64,000 bases of DNA from Macrostomum lignano (taxonomy: Eukaryota). Shown in pieces: positions 12,389 through 33,499 of this stretch (position 1 is its first letter; every line of letters begins with the position of its first letter). A program made the translations under genes and the position numbers. The notes below the pieces were generated by a model. That model made no database searches. It saw only the letters and a program-made list of their open reading frames with translations, and was not told where the DNA came from. The DNA is taken from positions 868,001 through 932,000 of the forward strand of contig NIVC01000094.1 in assembly GCA_002269645.1 (NCBI GenBank), read 5' to 3'.

Positions 12389-12642
12389 GCCTGCCTGTCT
12401 GTCTGTCTGTTTAATTATCAGTTTTAGCCTGTCCGCGCCTCTCTAATTGTCTGCCTGTCCATCAGCCTCACCGCATTGTCCCTCGGCCGCAGGACTCCCC
12501 GCTTGCCGAACCGAGCATGAAACGGGCTGCCAATGAGGCTGCCGTCCGGCTGCTCAACCACCAGCACGTCGATGGCCCCGGAGAGGGTGCTGGGGTTCCA
12601 GTAGCCGCCAACGTGGCCGAGCAGCTGACTGACCAAATTCAT
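8623..12642 (-). CDS. LPIN: Lipin (phosphatidate phosphatase) with an internal tandem duplication and many indels. Exon 1 12642-12472; exon 2 copies start at 12115 and 10435; LNS2/HAD exons duplicated; stop at 8623
   Basis: N-LIP motif [36 protein letters not shown] motifs [24 protein letters not shown] (DxDxT), [27 protein letters not shown] and DIVDHVFP. Canonical splice sites were located by hand. Confidence 0.85.
8911..12200. repeat. ~1.6-kb tandem segmental duplication (copies ~8911-10529 and ~10531-12200)
   Basis: GAATTGACGGTGAAGC occurs at 8911 and 10531 (offset 1620). All internal exons and introns are repeated. The junction lies in (TCTG)n with GC microhomology. Confidence 0.9.
11500..11702. 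repeat. 27-bp minisatellite in lipin intron 2 (GGGGTGTCAGTGGAGGGCAATTAGCTA)n; paralogous array at ~9880-10022
   Basis: Tandem units; copy number differs between the two duplicated copies. Confidence 0.9.
12178..12410. repeat. (TCTG)n microsatellite in lipin intron 1; short copy at 10489-10529
   Basis: Direct reading. Confidence 0.95.
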
Positions 12643-13966
12643 TAATAATGAACAGAGAAAATTCTCACTGTTGATCTCGCAGCAGTTGTAGAAGAAAAAA
12701 ATCGAGCAGATTTTTTCTCCAAGGTTGTGCGCTGCAATTTTGCAGATCGCCCGCCCTCTGACTGACTGAATGCTTTTAGCAGTACAGCCCCAGCCCCCTG
12801 CCCCTGCACACTCGGGATGAACGGGGCAGACAGGCAGACAGACAGTTTGCTAAGGCCACCGACCACTTCTCCACTCAACCGCTCAGTCAACTTGCACTAT
12901 AGTTGTACACTCTGGTTCAGTGTACATTTCACTCTGTAGTGAAGCGTGCCCCAGTATGTTTTGCATTATTCCCTGTAGCTCATTGGGTCGGTAGTGAGCT
13001 GTTTTTAAGTGTCGCCTGCCCTTACTGGAAGGTTTTGTTGAGAGCAAGAAGAATGCGCACTCGCTATTTGTCCGTACAGGTAATTGGCAGGAAAGATGAG
13101 GCAGAGTTCCAGCTTTTGTAGCTTACTTTTGTAGTTCTTGAGGGACTCTCATGTTCTCATGATTAATAAGTAACTAATCATGTCATCATTCTATCTGGGC
13201 TAGTTGTCCTTGATCAATTTTGATGCTACTTCGATGTTTATTTATATTATTAGAGGCAAAAGCTGTTTTGTCATTGCTGTGTTTTCGACATTGTAAAGCA
13301 ACCGGCGAAGGCATTGCCATCCCGCCGACTCCCCTGAGCAGGCACGCACAAGCGCGCGGATACGTACGCAGTCATACGCACAAGCACACACTCACACAGG
13401 AGTGTACAGCGGCCCTGACTTTACTTATCGTTAGGCATGTACGAGTACACCTCAGTGCCTTGGGGGCCCAAGCAGATTTCAATTCGGCCCCAATTAATAT
13501 GACTGCACACAGGAATCGACCCTGGGCCGCTGGCACATCAGAGCGCCCAGGCTAGACGACTCAATATTGATTGATGCTACTGACGACATCAGGAACAACT
13601 AAAATCACGGTTGCTGATGTGAATAGGAAAAGAACTAAGAGTACTTTATACAGTAACATTAGTCCCAAGCTTAAAAGTACATGCGACTGAAATAAACAAA
13701 ACTACAAAGACTCAATCATATATAATTATATAATTATATTGGAAGAACAAGGGCCAGCAATGGTAAATTAACTGTAGACTTTTAAATAAACCGGTTCATA
13801 CTGAACCTACTATTAGTAAGCTAATGCTTAAATGCTTTGTATTTTATTAAATTAGACACAAAAATCATAATTTAAGCAGAATTTGAAAACTGCAGTTTGA
13901 TAATTAGCAAGGTGAAATTCGTTAAGCTGTGAGCCGTCTTGATGACTTTAGAAAACCTTCAGTTCT

Positions 13967-14600
13967 ATAACAGCATAGATTACAGCATCCATAACAGCAT
14001 AGATTACAGCATCCATAACAGCATCTATTACAGCATCCATAACAGCATCTATTACAGCATCCATAACAGCATCTATTACAGCATCCATAACAGCATCTAT
14101 TACAGCATCCATAACAGCATCCATAACAGCATCCATAGTAGCATAGATTACAGCATCCATAGCAGCATCTGTTACAGCATCCATAAGATTACAGCATAGA
14201 TTACAGCATCCATAAGATTACAGCATAGATTACAGCATCCATAAGATTACAGCATAGATTACAGCATCCATAAGATTACAGCATAGATTACAGCATCCAT
14301 AAGATTACAGCATAGATTACAGCATCCATAAGATTACAGCATAGATTACAGCATCCATAAGATTACAGCATAGATTACAGCATCCATAAAATTACAGCAT
14401 AGATTACAGCATCCATAATATTACGGCATAGATTACAGCATAGATTACAGCATCCATAAGATTACAGCATAGATTACAGCATCCATAAGATTACAGCATA
14501 GATTACAGCATAGATTACAGCATAGATTACAGCATAGATTACAGCATCCATAACAGCGTAGATTACAGCATCCATAAGACTACAGCATGGACTACAGCAC
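13967..14600. repeat. Minisatellite built of CAGCATCCATAA / GATTACAGCATA units, just downstream of the ATR stop codon
   Basis: Direct reading of tandem units. Confidence 0.9.
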
Positions 14601-14630
14601 TAGCAACAGCAGCAGCCGCCATTCCGGCAG

Positions 14631-21571
<6,941 letters not shown>

Positions 21572-21689
21572 CTGAATTGTTGGAGCGAATTTTCGAATAT
21601 TGCTACTGGAAGTAGGTGAAGCGATTATTCAAAATAAATCAATCAATTTTGCTGTAAAAATTCCACTAGTTTTTTGAGATGAAAATATA

Positions 21690-22250
21690 AATTAGCGCCA
21701 CTCAATATAAGTTGGCGCCTCTCAATTCAAGTTGGCGTCTGTCAATTTACGACGGCGCCTCTCAATTAAAGTTGGTGCCTCTCAACTCGAGTTGGCACCC
21801 TCTCAATTCAAGTTGGCGCCTCTCAATATAATTTGGCGCCTCTCAATTCACTTTGGCGCCTTTAAATTCACGTTGGCGCCTCTCAATATAAGTTGGTGCC
21901 TGTCAATTAACGTTGGCGCCTCTCAATTCAAGTTGGCGCCTCTCAATATAATTTGGCGCCTCTCAATTCACTTTGGCGCCTTTAAATTCACGTTGGCGCC
22001 TCTCAATATAAGTTGGTGCCTGTCAATTAACGTTGGCGCCTCTCAATTCAAGTTGGCGCCTCTCAATATAATTTGGCGCCTCTCAATTCACTTTGGTGCC
22101 TGTCAATTAACGTTGGCGCCTCTCAATATAAGTTGGTGCCTGTCAATTAACGTTGGCGCCTCTCAATATAATTTGGCGCCTCACAATTCAAGTCGGCGTC
22201 TCTCAATGCAAATTGGCGTCTCTCAATATAAGTTGGCGCCATTCAATAAA
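21690..22250. repeat. ~21-bp minisatellite (GTTGGCGCCTCTCAATATAA-like) with higher-order structure
   Basis: Tandem units; a ~120-bp higher-order block recurs. Confidence 0.9.
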
Positions 22251-23471
22251 GGTTACCACACAGGTAAAAAGGCGGCAATGCCTCCCTCACTCTGTTACCT
22301 CGGCCCCACTTTATTGCTGCAGGAAGGCGCTAAGTTTGGCGCCTCCGTTCTTCAAGTTGAATTGGCGCCAATTCTTAGAATGCGCCGCCACTGACGCCAA
22401 AGCCGCTCCCGAATGCGCATCGCCTTTAATGGGCCAGTGACGATTTGAAGTCGCTCGAGCGCCTATTTCACCACGATAATTAACTCAAAAAGCAACCTCG
22501 TCACTAAAATGCAAAGCCACCTGAAATTTTCCAAGAGAAAAAAGACAGAAAACTCAGCAGAAGAAAAACAGACACCTGCTTTCGCAATTATGCGCGTGAA
22601 TTTTCCAAATCAGATGATTCGGGGGGATAAATTACATGCTATTTAACCTCGAGCAAACTCACTCTACGGGGCTGTTAAGAAATAATACCCTGCTTGGCTA
22701 AAATGAGAGATCAAGCTCAAGCTACCCACCCAGCTGCTGCAACAGGCAGAGTTTCAGGCAAAATGTCGCTCTCAGCTAAATAAAGAGCAGATGGGGCCAC
22801 TTACACACCCGTAATTAATCCCTTCCAGCTCGGCCTCGTTAGAAGCCCTCCCTCTCTTCCTCTCTCTCTCTCTCTAAGCTCGCATTATGATGCTCTCACT
22901 TTCTTGCTCCGGGGCACACGGGGCGGAGCGCGGCCTGGAGAATTTCAGGCTGATGCAACATCGAGCCTGCGGGGCGAGGGCAGACGGAGCTCCTCTACAT
23001 ATACGCTCGAATATAATGGAGGCCATTAATGGAGACCTTCGGTCAAAACCAATTGACCGGCCTGACAAGTAACTGGACAGGACATTCTGCCGGGGCCAGA
23101 GTCTATGTTTGTTATGCACCTCTGGATTGAGTTAGCCGGCTCGCGAATATTATGATGCAGACCATGCGGGCTGCGGGCGTGTAGGATTGCTCATAACTTG
23201 GCATCAGCAGCAGACGGTAGCAATAAGCCGGACTGATTGGGTCAAACCGCTCAAATTTCTGTCAAAGCTTGCAGCCCGGTTTGCGCCTCCTGGACAACCA
23301 TAAAAATGGAGGCTGACATTATTGAATTCGTTTCAACTAATTACATAATAAACTAACTTCTCTCTGAAATTCTCTAAAAGCAAACAGTTCACTCACTCTT
23401 TAGCGAGTGAAGCTCGTGTTCCATTGAAGGGATTGGGCTGAATCTGTATAAGTGCGCGTTCCATGAGCAGG

Positions 23472-23850
23472 CACAAGAGCGCATTGACAGAAGCGCGCGC
23501 AGAGTCACAAGAGCGCATTGACAGAAGCGCGCGCAGAGTCACAAGAGCGCATTGACAGAAGCGCGCGCAGAGTCACAAGAGCGCATTGACAGAAGCGCGC
23601 GCAGAGTCACAACAGCGCATTGACAGAAGCGCGCGCAGAGTCACAACAGCGCATTGACAGAAGCGCGGGCAGAGTCACAACAGCGCATTGACAGAAGCGC
23701 GCGCAGAATCACAACAGCGCATTGACAGAAGCGCGGGCAGAGTCACAACAGCGCATTGACAGAAGCGCGCGCAGAATCACAACAGCGCATTGACAGAAGC
23801 GCGCGCAGAGTCACAAGAGCGCAGTGACAGAAGCGCGCGCTGCCACAAGA
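23472..23850. repeat. 34-bp minisatellite (GAGCGCATTGACAGAAGCGCGCGCAGAGTCACAA)n
   Basis: Unit starts at 23477 and 23511; about 10-11 copies. Confidence 0.95.
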
Positions 23851-25904
23851 GCAAGAAGCGTACGTGCGGACAGTCAACATGTGCAAGCGCGAACCGTGCC
23901 TTGTTGAGAGTATGCGCTCAGGTGACATTGCGCTCTTATGCAAGGAGCAGCAAAAATTACACAGGCGCACTTGCGCAAAAATGCTCCTGAAGCTGTGAAG
24001 AGTGTCCACCACAATGTCCACTCAGCATAGATATCTACTAGCAAAGCCAGAAGGAAAGTGTAGAACGGTTAGTTAGTTTCTCTAACAAGACAATCAGCTT
24101 GAGCTAAGATCTTGATCGCGCCGCAGCGAGGCCAGAGCAAACACTGGCTTCGACGTCTCTCCGGTGCTTTCACTCTCCGTTTTATTGCGTTGCGTTGCAT
24201 ATCAGAATTCGAAATAGAAACTATTTTTGGGGAGAATATCCCTCCAAGTAACCGATTACAGTGCGCAACGGCGAGAGGATCGCGATTAAGAAGAAGTGTC
24301 AGCAGAATATTAAAAAAGCAGAAAAAAGGGAAGGAAGGTAGGAAGGGCGCCCGTAACAGAGGTTGAAAGCTCAACAGCTGCTGGACACTTGCGCCTTTCA
24401 ACCAGGGGGGCTGCAGAACAGCGAGAGCTACTATGCCCAGGGAAGTGGAGAGGCCAAGAAAGCCAGGGGAACTCAAATCGAGACAACCGCTCAGAGATAT
24501 AGATACTTTGTCCAAACTTCTGCAGCCAGCGCAACGAAAGCCTTGGCGATTAATACTCGAAGCCGGAAGAAATTAATTTTTAACCCCCCTTCCACCAGTC
24601 AGGACAGCGCAGTCACGGAGTTCGTAATCGCCACGCTAAACCTGCTCGACTCCACCATAAGGCAGCAGGTGAGAGTTCCTCCATATTTGCTGTTAGATTG
24701 TCAATCTACACGTGCAGGTATTGACAACTAGATGATGGAGATTACGAGAGGAGACTGGGAGGTGCGGAGCGGTTAAGAGGCAAAACGGTCCATAGAAACT
24801 AAGCGCTATTTTGCCTACAACAAAAGGATTTCCAAGTTTACAAGCCAATCTCTGCCGGTCGATATTGATCGCACACCGATCGCTCTCTCTCGCCGCCATT
24901 ATTCAAACTTTTCGACGACAAACGAGCGTGTCAAAGGTGGCGTTTTCTGACACAAAAAACGAATATGCTTGTTGGGAAACGCCTACAATTAAAATGAAAG
25001 AATTTTTATACTAAGCTTCCAAACTCCTTCATTCTTCATCTAACACGTAATCAGACAGAGACGCAGAGAGGTGGGCGTTGAATGGGAAGAAGGATGCCCA
25101 GGTGAGTCTGAGTAAGGGGATGAGGAGGGGGGCGGAACCGTGACAAGAAACCCGAGTCTGGATTTGATTTCAGCCCAGCAACCGGGTGGGGGTCGGGACA
25201 CGCGCTCAAACTCAAACTGGGAAAAAATACGATATAAGAAAAATGAGCCAGCGAGCCGGTGTGCCGGTGCCGGTGACCTCGGCGCCTCCGGCAGCTACCG
25301 AGCAGAAGGGGAACTGGACTCAGAGACCGCACAGCAGTTCGTTGATTGATCTGGCCGCAATTGCCACACCCACACACCCCCCAGAAGTTTTTGTTGTCGG
25401 CAATTGAAAAGACAGAAATTGATTTGGAATTGGCCGGCCCCCACTCGCGAGCACAAAAGGATGGCGCCAGGGCAATCGGGTGATGGATACGGCTTGGGAG
25501 TTGTTATTGAACTCCATCAGCCTGGCAAATGAAGGACACGCGCGCCGCTCCAGCCCCGCCCCCGCGCTTGCGCCTGCGGGGATTCCAAACCTCGTATTGG
25601 GGCAGAAATCCCCAACTCTGTTATAGAAACTCGCTGACAGTATAGTGATTACAAATGAGCCAATCTTTTACTTTCCCGGAGTTGCAGGTTGGAGGTTAAT
25701 CACTTGCAAGCGCCGCCGGCGAGCTCTCAGACCCCCTGGGGGGCATTGCGTTACGGGGATCTCATTAGTTTGAACTGGCGCGCTCGCTAATCGCTATCTG
25801 ATGACAGGCTTAACAGCATCGTATGGAACGGGGAAATATGAATTTCATAGTACTGGAATTTTATTAGATTTTCCCTGGAAATTCACCAGTAGCTACACGT
25901 ATAC

Positions 25905-26700
25905 CTGACAGGAGTCTAACCGGTGTAGCTATGATATCTGACAAGAATCTAACCGGTGTAGCTATGATATCTGACAGGAGTCTAACCGGTGTAGCTATGA
26001 TACCTGACAGGAGTCTAACCGGTGTAGCTATGATATCTGACAAGAATCTAACCGGTGTAGCTATGATATCTGACAGGAGTCTAACCGGTGTAGCTATGAT
26101 ATCTGACAGGAGTCTAACCGGTGTAGCTATGATATCTGACAAGAATCTAACCGGTGTAGCTATGATATCTGACAGGAGTCTAACCGGTGTAGCTATGATA
26201 CCTGACAGGAGTCTAACCGGTGTAGCTATGATATCTGACAAGAATCTAACCGGTGTAGCTATGATATCTGACAGGAGTCTAACCGGTGTAGCTATGATAT
26301 CTGACAGGAGTCTAACCGGTGTAGCTATGATATCTGACAAGAATCTAACCGGTGTAGCTATGATACCTGACAGGAGTCTAACCGGTGTAGCTATGATACC
26401 TGACAGGAGTCTAACCGGTGTAGCTATGATATCTGACAGGAGTCTAACCGGTGTAGCTATGATACCTGACAGGAATCTAACCGGTGTAGCTATGATACCT
26501 GACAGGAGTCTAACCGGTGTAGCTATGATATCTGACAGGAGTCTAACCGGTGTAGCTATGATACCTGACAGGAGTCTAACCGGTGTAGCTATGATACCTG
26601 ACAGGAGTCTAACCGGTGTAGCTATGATATCTGACAGGAGTCTAACCGGTGTAGCTATGATACCTGACAGGAATCTAAGCGGATCTGACAGCAATCTAAC
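25905..26700. repeat. 33-bp minisatellite (CTGACAGGAGTCTAACCGGTGTAGCTATGATAY)n
   Basis: About 24 units; 11-aa periodicity in the ORFs. Confidence 0.95.
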
Positions 26701-29394
26701 CGGATCTAACAGTAATCTAACCGGTAGATGTATAGTTACCTGACAGGAAACTGACCGGTATAGCGACCTGACAGGAAATTCTAGTTGTCAACCAAACCGC
26801 ACCTCTTTCAAAGTTTACGAGTCGCTAATACAATATAACAAAGTTAACAAACTTAGTTCGTAATGTAACAAAGTTGCTTTACACAAGCTGGTACTGAATG
26901 CCACAAGCCTAATATGAAGAGTAATCCATCAACTCCGAATAGAGACGCTGTTCGAGTCTACTTGAAATGGCAAAAACAACTTTTACAAAAGTATATTATC
27001 TACAACCAACAGTCGCAGTCCAGGTGCAAAGCGAGGCAATATTCGAAAATAAAGTTCGAATATTTATTAGAGACGAGGAAGAACTAGAAAATAAATAGTT
27101 GGTCACAGCATCATCATAAAGCCACTGTCTCCAGTTCCCCTCATCAGCAAGAATCCAGCACGTGTGCCAGCATGTTGTCAGGCAGCTCGTTGACAAAACT
27201 GCTAAAATTTGTTGTTGCAATAAAAAAGCAGAATCGATACATTACAAACACCTGACACGTGGCCAGGACTAGACAAGGCTAGACAATGGGTCTGGGCGCA
27301 GTGAGCCAGTCTCAGAGCCGACTGAGATGCAGTCAAACGCTTATGAATTCTTGCGGTTGCTAAGACTCTCTCGGTTGTTTCAGTTTAACAAAAAAATCCC
27401 GTCTTAAAGATGCGCGCGTTCGGCTCTTGCAGGCGCCACACTATAAAACTGTTGCTAGAAGAACTATGCGATGCGTATTGCATTGTGTGCCGGTTGTTTG
27501 CAAACTATAAATATTGCTGACTCTAAACTGCGAGCCCTGAGTCTGATGAAGCGAATTTTCCACTTGATATTTCCCAGTATTCGAGTGACAAATGGTTGCG
27601 AGGAGGCTGTGCCAAATCTCACCCACTCCCCAGTGCAGTTTGATGATGAATGCTATGCCGCGATGGCTGCCAAGCTTCCCTCCCTCCATGGGGAATAAAT
27701 CCCTTTCGCCACTTTCCATTGAATAGGCCTACTATCCATATACAGTTTCTCCCCTGTCCCCTAGCTGGGGAAGAGGAAAATTAACTTTCCTCCCAACCCA
27801 CTAAGCCGGCGAGACCACTCCCCCCCCCGAAGTGTTTGGCTTTTGTGCGCGCGAGTAATGATAGATGCCGGCAGCGGCTAAGCCAATTAAGGCCAATTTG
27901 CATGAATTTGCCGGCTCATTTGCCGCCTGATTCCCAGCGGCAGGACCGCCCCGGCCAACAACTAAACAACATTGCTGGCGGGGATGGGGAGAAATCTCCC
28001 ATTCAGCTGGGAAACGTGTAAATCGGGGCGAAAGTGGATCCATCTCTTGAGCAGTGCTCAAAATGAGTGTCACAATGCTCTCATTAGGACTGGAGGGAAT
28101 CGGCTCCATCGCTTAACCAACTCTAACCCAACCCTGATCGCATATTTATCCCACTTTTTCCTCTCCGCAACTCGATTTTCAGAAATTCCTCCGCTCAACA
28201 AAACTCGGGACAGAAAGCGAATGCTGAAATCCCACCGCCAGGGATAATTTATTATAACTCATATAGTATACACACCAAGGCAGATTCTCCAATAATGAAG
28301 CGAAACTCGGACAGACTAAGAGTTGCGCAGCTTAGGACGCAACCAAAGGCCCCGGTAACTGGACACCCCAGCGAGACCAATGCTTTTTGGTTCTAATATT
28401 TCTCAAAACTGAAAGCTCAGCCATCCAAAATAAACTTAGAATTATTATTAATAGAGAAGGGAAAAAGGTTTGACAAGACAAGTAATTATAGCATGACAGG
28501 AGGGTATTGAGTTTTGTTTTGCATCATCATTTATGGCTGGTGAGGCTGTAGACTACCCTAACAGGTGGGGCCAGACCCAAGGTTGCGGGGCTGCCATGGT
28601 TGTCATCGCAAGGCGCTCTGACGCAACCCGATGATGCCAAGGAGACCGGCGGCGCGTGAATGAACTGCAGGGGTTGCCACGAGCGGCCCCAACAACACGG
28701 ATCAGCGCCCTGCCAGCCTAATAATAAACGCATAACAGCCAGGGGTGCTAGAGAGAATCACCAAGATTTCCCCTGCTGACAGGCCGATATTTCAATAATA
28801 AATAAAATCTATTCCAAGGCTCATAAGCGAGTGAAAGCACTTGGAGGGGGGTTGGGATATTAAGGACTGGGGATCAATAGAGAGGGAGAGGTGTGGCACA
28901 AGCTTATGAAAAAGCCGTATAGTTGCCACCTACTTGGATGAGTGATTTTTAATAAACTCTATCGGTTCACCCCTCCCCCCGGCACACTCGAGCCTGGAGA
29001 TCTGCTCCAACCGTATAGCAACTTAGAAAAGCAATTGAGGAATGGCAAAGAGGGCTGGGCAAAATCCAAGGGGTGTTAATAAGAGGTGGCAACTTGGAAA
29101 CAAAAATTTATATCCACTGAGCACGAGGGCGCCAAGCGTGGCATCAGATTTGCCATGAAAAACAAACAGCATATTGAGGGGGGGGGCGCCACTTGGAGGC
29201 GCGGTGAAGCGAACGGCCAACACGGGGCGCAAAGCCGAACAGAAACGCAACTGCTTTGTAACGAGAACTTAGCGAGAATATTCGGCTAATGAGAGATTGA
29301 GCGAGGCAGATTAAAGAATGAGGAAAGACTTCTGAGAGCAAGTAAACTAGACAGTGTGGTAAGAGCGGGCGAGTGAAACAGTGGTGACATAAAG

Positions 29395-29910
29395 AAAGAG
29401 ACACAGGGTGAGATAGAGGGGGAGACACAGGGTGAGATAGAGGGGGAGACACAGGGTTGAGATAGAGGAAGAGACACAGGGTGAGACAGAGGAAGAGACA
29501 GGGTGAGATAGAGGAAAAGACCAAGGGTGAGATAGAGGAAGAGAAACAAGGTGAGACATAGGAAGAGACACAAGGTGAGATAGAGGGAGAGACACAGGGT
29601 GAGATAGAGGAAGAGACACAGGGTTGAGATAGAGGAAGAGACACAGGGTGAGACAGAGGAAGAGACAGGGTGAGATAGAGGAAGAGACACAGGGTGAGAT
29701 AGAGGGAGAGACACAGGGTGAGATAGAGGAAAAGACCAAGGGTGAGATAGAGGAAGAGAGAAATAGGGTGAGATAGAGGGAGAGGCACAGGGTGAGATAG
29801 AGGAAGAGACAAAGGGTGGGATAGAGGAAGAGACAAAGGGTGAGATAGAGGGGGAGACACAGGGTGAGATAGAGGAAGAGACGCAGGGTGAGATAGAGGG
29901 GGAGACACAC
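29395..29910. repeat. ~24-bp purine-rich minisatellite (AGAGACACAGGGTGAGATAGAGGA-like)
   Basis: Direct tandem units. Confidence 0.9.
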
Positions 29911-30594
29911 AAGGATGACAGGCAGATAAAGTCAAAGTTGAAACCCCAAGGTGTAGCCAAAATATAGCCAATGGAAACTGGAGTGTTTCAACTGCTCAAA
30001 TATGCTCGGGTCATATCCCACACAGGCACAATCAGGGAATTCAAAGTTCTAGAAGGGGGGAAGCTAGGGGCAATAAAAGCAGGCCGGCCCCATCAGCTCG
30101 GAACTCGTAAGCCCGAGTCAGTCTACAACACCGCATAGGTTTAAAAAAACTGCGATTCGAACTGCTGATTAGAGCGAAAAAAAAGATTTTTTGATATACG
30201 ATGTCTACGACACGGACCAGCCAGGCCCTTTAAGTGTCTCCCTTGTTCCATATGATTGCCCATTTATCTATTCGAGCGACTTATCGCTCCATCGGGATTG
30301 AGATACAACGCACCCACAGCCGCACACAGCCGTTGCATCGGTCGATCACCCCAACTCAGAATATTCTCTAACAACAACAGCATGGATGTCAGGCACAATT
30401 GAAGCCTACATGCATTCAGACTTTTCCAAATCTGTTGATTTCACAATGCGATACACAGACTCTGCGGCGTTCAAACCCTTGACCTGTGACCTCCAGCTTA
30501 ACTGTATGCCATGCTAGCATGACATTTAGGGTGATTGGGGTGGGTAATTCCCCGTTGCTAACTTTAGCAATTCTCTGATTGCATCTGAAATGGC

Positions 30595-31615
30595 GTCAAT
30601 GTCCGATACTCCAGCTTCAATGTCCGATACTCCAGCTTCAATGTCCGATACTCCAGCTTCAATGTCCGATACTCTAGCCTCAATGTCCGATACTCTAGCT
30701 TCAATGTCCGATACTCTAGCTTCAATGTCCGATACTCCAGCTTCAATGTCCGATACTCTAGCGTCAATGTCCCATACACTAGCGTCAATGTCCGATAATC
30801 TAGCGTCAATGTCCCATACTCTAGCTTCAATGTCCCATACTCTAGCGTCAATGTCCCATACTCTAGCTTCAATGTCCCATACTCTAGCTTCAATGTCCGA
30901 TACTCTAGCGTCAATGTCCCATATTCCAGCTTCAATGTCCCATACTCTAGCGTCAATGTCCCATATTCCAGCTTCAATGTTCGATACTCTAGCGTCAATG
31001 TCCGATACTCCAGCTTCAATGTCCCATACTCTAGCGTCAATGTCCCATACTCTAGCGTCAATGTCCGATAATCTAGCGTCAATGTCCCATACTCTAGCTT
31101 AAATGTCCCATACTATAGCGTCAATGTCCCATACTCTAGCGTCAATGTCCCATACTCTAGCGTCAATGTCCGATACTCTAGCGTCAATGTCCGATACTCT
31201 AGCTTCAATGTCCGATACTCTAGCTTCAATGTCCGATACTCTAGCTTCAATGTCCGATACTCTAGCTTCAATGTCCGATACTCTAGCTTCAATGTCCGAT
31301 ACTCTAGCTTCAATGTCCGATACTCTAGCTTCAATGTCCGATACTCTAGCTTCAATGTCCGATACTCTAGCTTCAATGTCCGATACTATAGCGTCAATGT
31401 CCCATACTCTAGCTTCAATGTCCGATACTCTAGCTTCAATGTCCGATACTCTAGCTTCAATGTCCGATACTCTAGCTTCAATGTCCGATACTCTAGCTTC
31501 AATGTCCGATACTCTAGCTTCAATGTCCGATACTCTAGCTTCAATGTCCGATACTCTAGCTTCAATGTCCGATACTATAGCGTCAATGTCCCATACTCTA
31601 GCGCCAATGTCCTAA
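30595..31615. repeat. 21-bp minisatellite (CAATGTCCGATACTCTAGCTT)n
   Basis: About 48 units. Confidence 0.95.
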
Positions 31616-32514
31616 TCTAGCTTCTAGAGAACAGCTGGAAATTAATCAATCTAACATAAAAATTAGCAGACAGCTACTTTACGACTAAAAACACTGATAA
31701 ATCTTTTCTCATCTCAGACACTCTGACGCCGGGAGTTAAGGCGGCTCACACAGCCATGGAGCACTACAGGCTAAGCGATAACATATTCTTCAGTACCTTT
31801 CCAGATCTTAGCTGTCTAGAATTCCATGACTAGCTGGTGCCTGGGCCATGGATGATGGCTGTTCTTGTTTAGTTCAAACACACATGTTGCAGAATTTTAT
31901 TTCTTCCCAAAACACAAAGCCAGTTTCTAATCTGACTGCGTCATCTGTGCGCCGTGCGGACTTGACTTTTTCGGCTTGTTTGCGGTTTTGTGCGAACATT
32001 TTCCCTCTTGCCCGGAATCCTGGAGCAGTGGCGTAACAGATCCCAAAGAGACGTCAAATGGCAGACATTTAAGAAGTCGCCTCTGCTCCCCTATCAACTC
32101 AACAGTGATGGGATTTTTCTTGGCAGAATAAAACAGGACACTGATAGATGAATGATGGCGCTCTGATGAAGGAGAAGAATGCCGATTATGAAATCGGGTG
32201 ATTGAATTGAAAATTTAAAGGCCTGGTATGAAAGGCGTTGCCTCACGCGTACACAGAGACCACAGGTCCCGCCTACTCATTTGCCCTGTTGCCGTGGGAC
32301 CGGCTGAGCTCTGCTGCAATGCTCGGACACGCAAACAGACTGCACGGCGGTGGAAGCCGAAACTGCCTGATGCAATGACTCTCTAAACAGCCGAAATTGA
32401 TTAGGTCACCGTGGGCCAGACTATTGGCGGGCCTGACCAGCACTTCAGCTGAACTGATTTCACGGGCAGGGGAAAGCTTACCTACTCAAATACTCATGGA
32501 TATGTGTATGGGCA

Positions 32515-32869
<355 letters not shown>

Positions 32870-33499
32870 ACTACATAATAATAATGTGTATATACGAGTA
32901 TATAATAAATAACACCCGTAAGTTGTGCACTCTAATCAACCTAATTAGTCAGTGCAAGCCAATTACAATAATTAATCACTGGAATCAATTGGGACAAAAC
33001 ATTCTACTACGGAAGCGGACGCAACAAGCGAGCATCATGTGGCCACCCCTGTTGCAGGGGTCGGGGCTGTAAATTAAGGCATGCAAGCAGCCGGTAGGCG
33101 CTCTACAGGAACTCCTTCCTTCATTCTTACAAGAGAATTGATTCTTATCTTTAAAAAAACAGGCCCTCTCATTCATCTCTACAAGGAGGATGCTGATAAA
33201 CAGAAAAACTGCACAGACCAACATTGACTGGCCACTTTACGCGAGCCATCTACATGGCAGCCGATTTCTTAGGGAAGGATAGCAGGTTTTTTGTTAAAGA
33301 GAAAAAGGTTCTCCCGTGTGCAAACATGGCAATCAGTTAGCCAGAAACATTTTAATGCGCGCGGTAGTCAAATATGGGCGCAGATGTTCTCAACACACTT
33401 ATAAATTCCTATTGCTAGAATTTACAGTTATTGAATGTGGCAACACTGGCAAAGGCCATTTTGGTGTATTGAAACCGCTATTGTGACGAGTGCTCAATT

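Noticed and set aside
22874-28733. Short non-repeat ORFs in the large ATR intron (e.g. 24069-24515, 24363-24731, 27801-28109)
   Set aside because: No recognisable motif or consistent exon chain; probably non-coding TOX upstream region.
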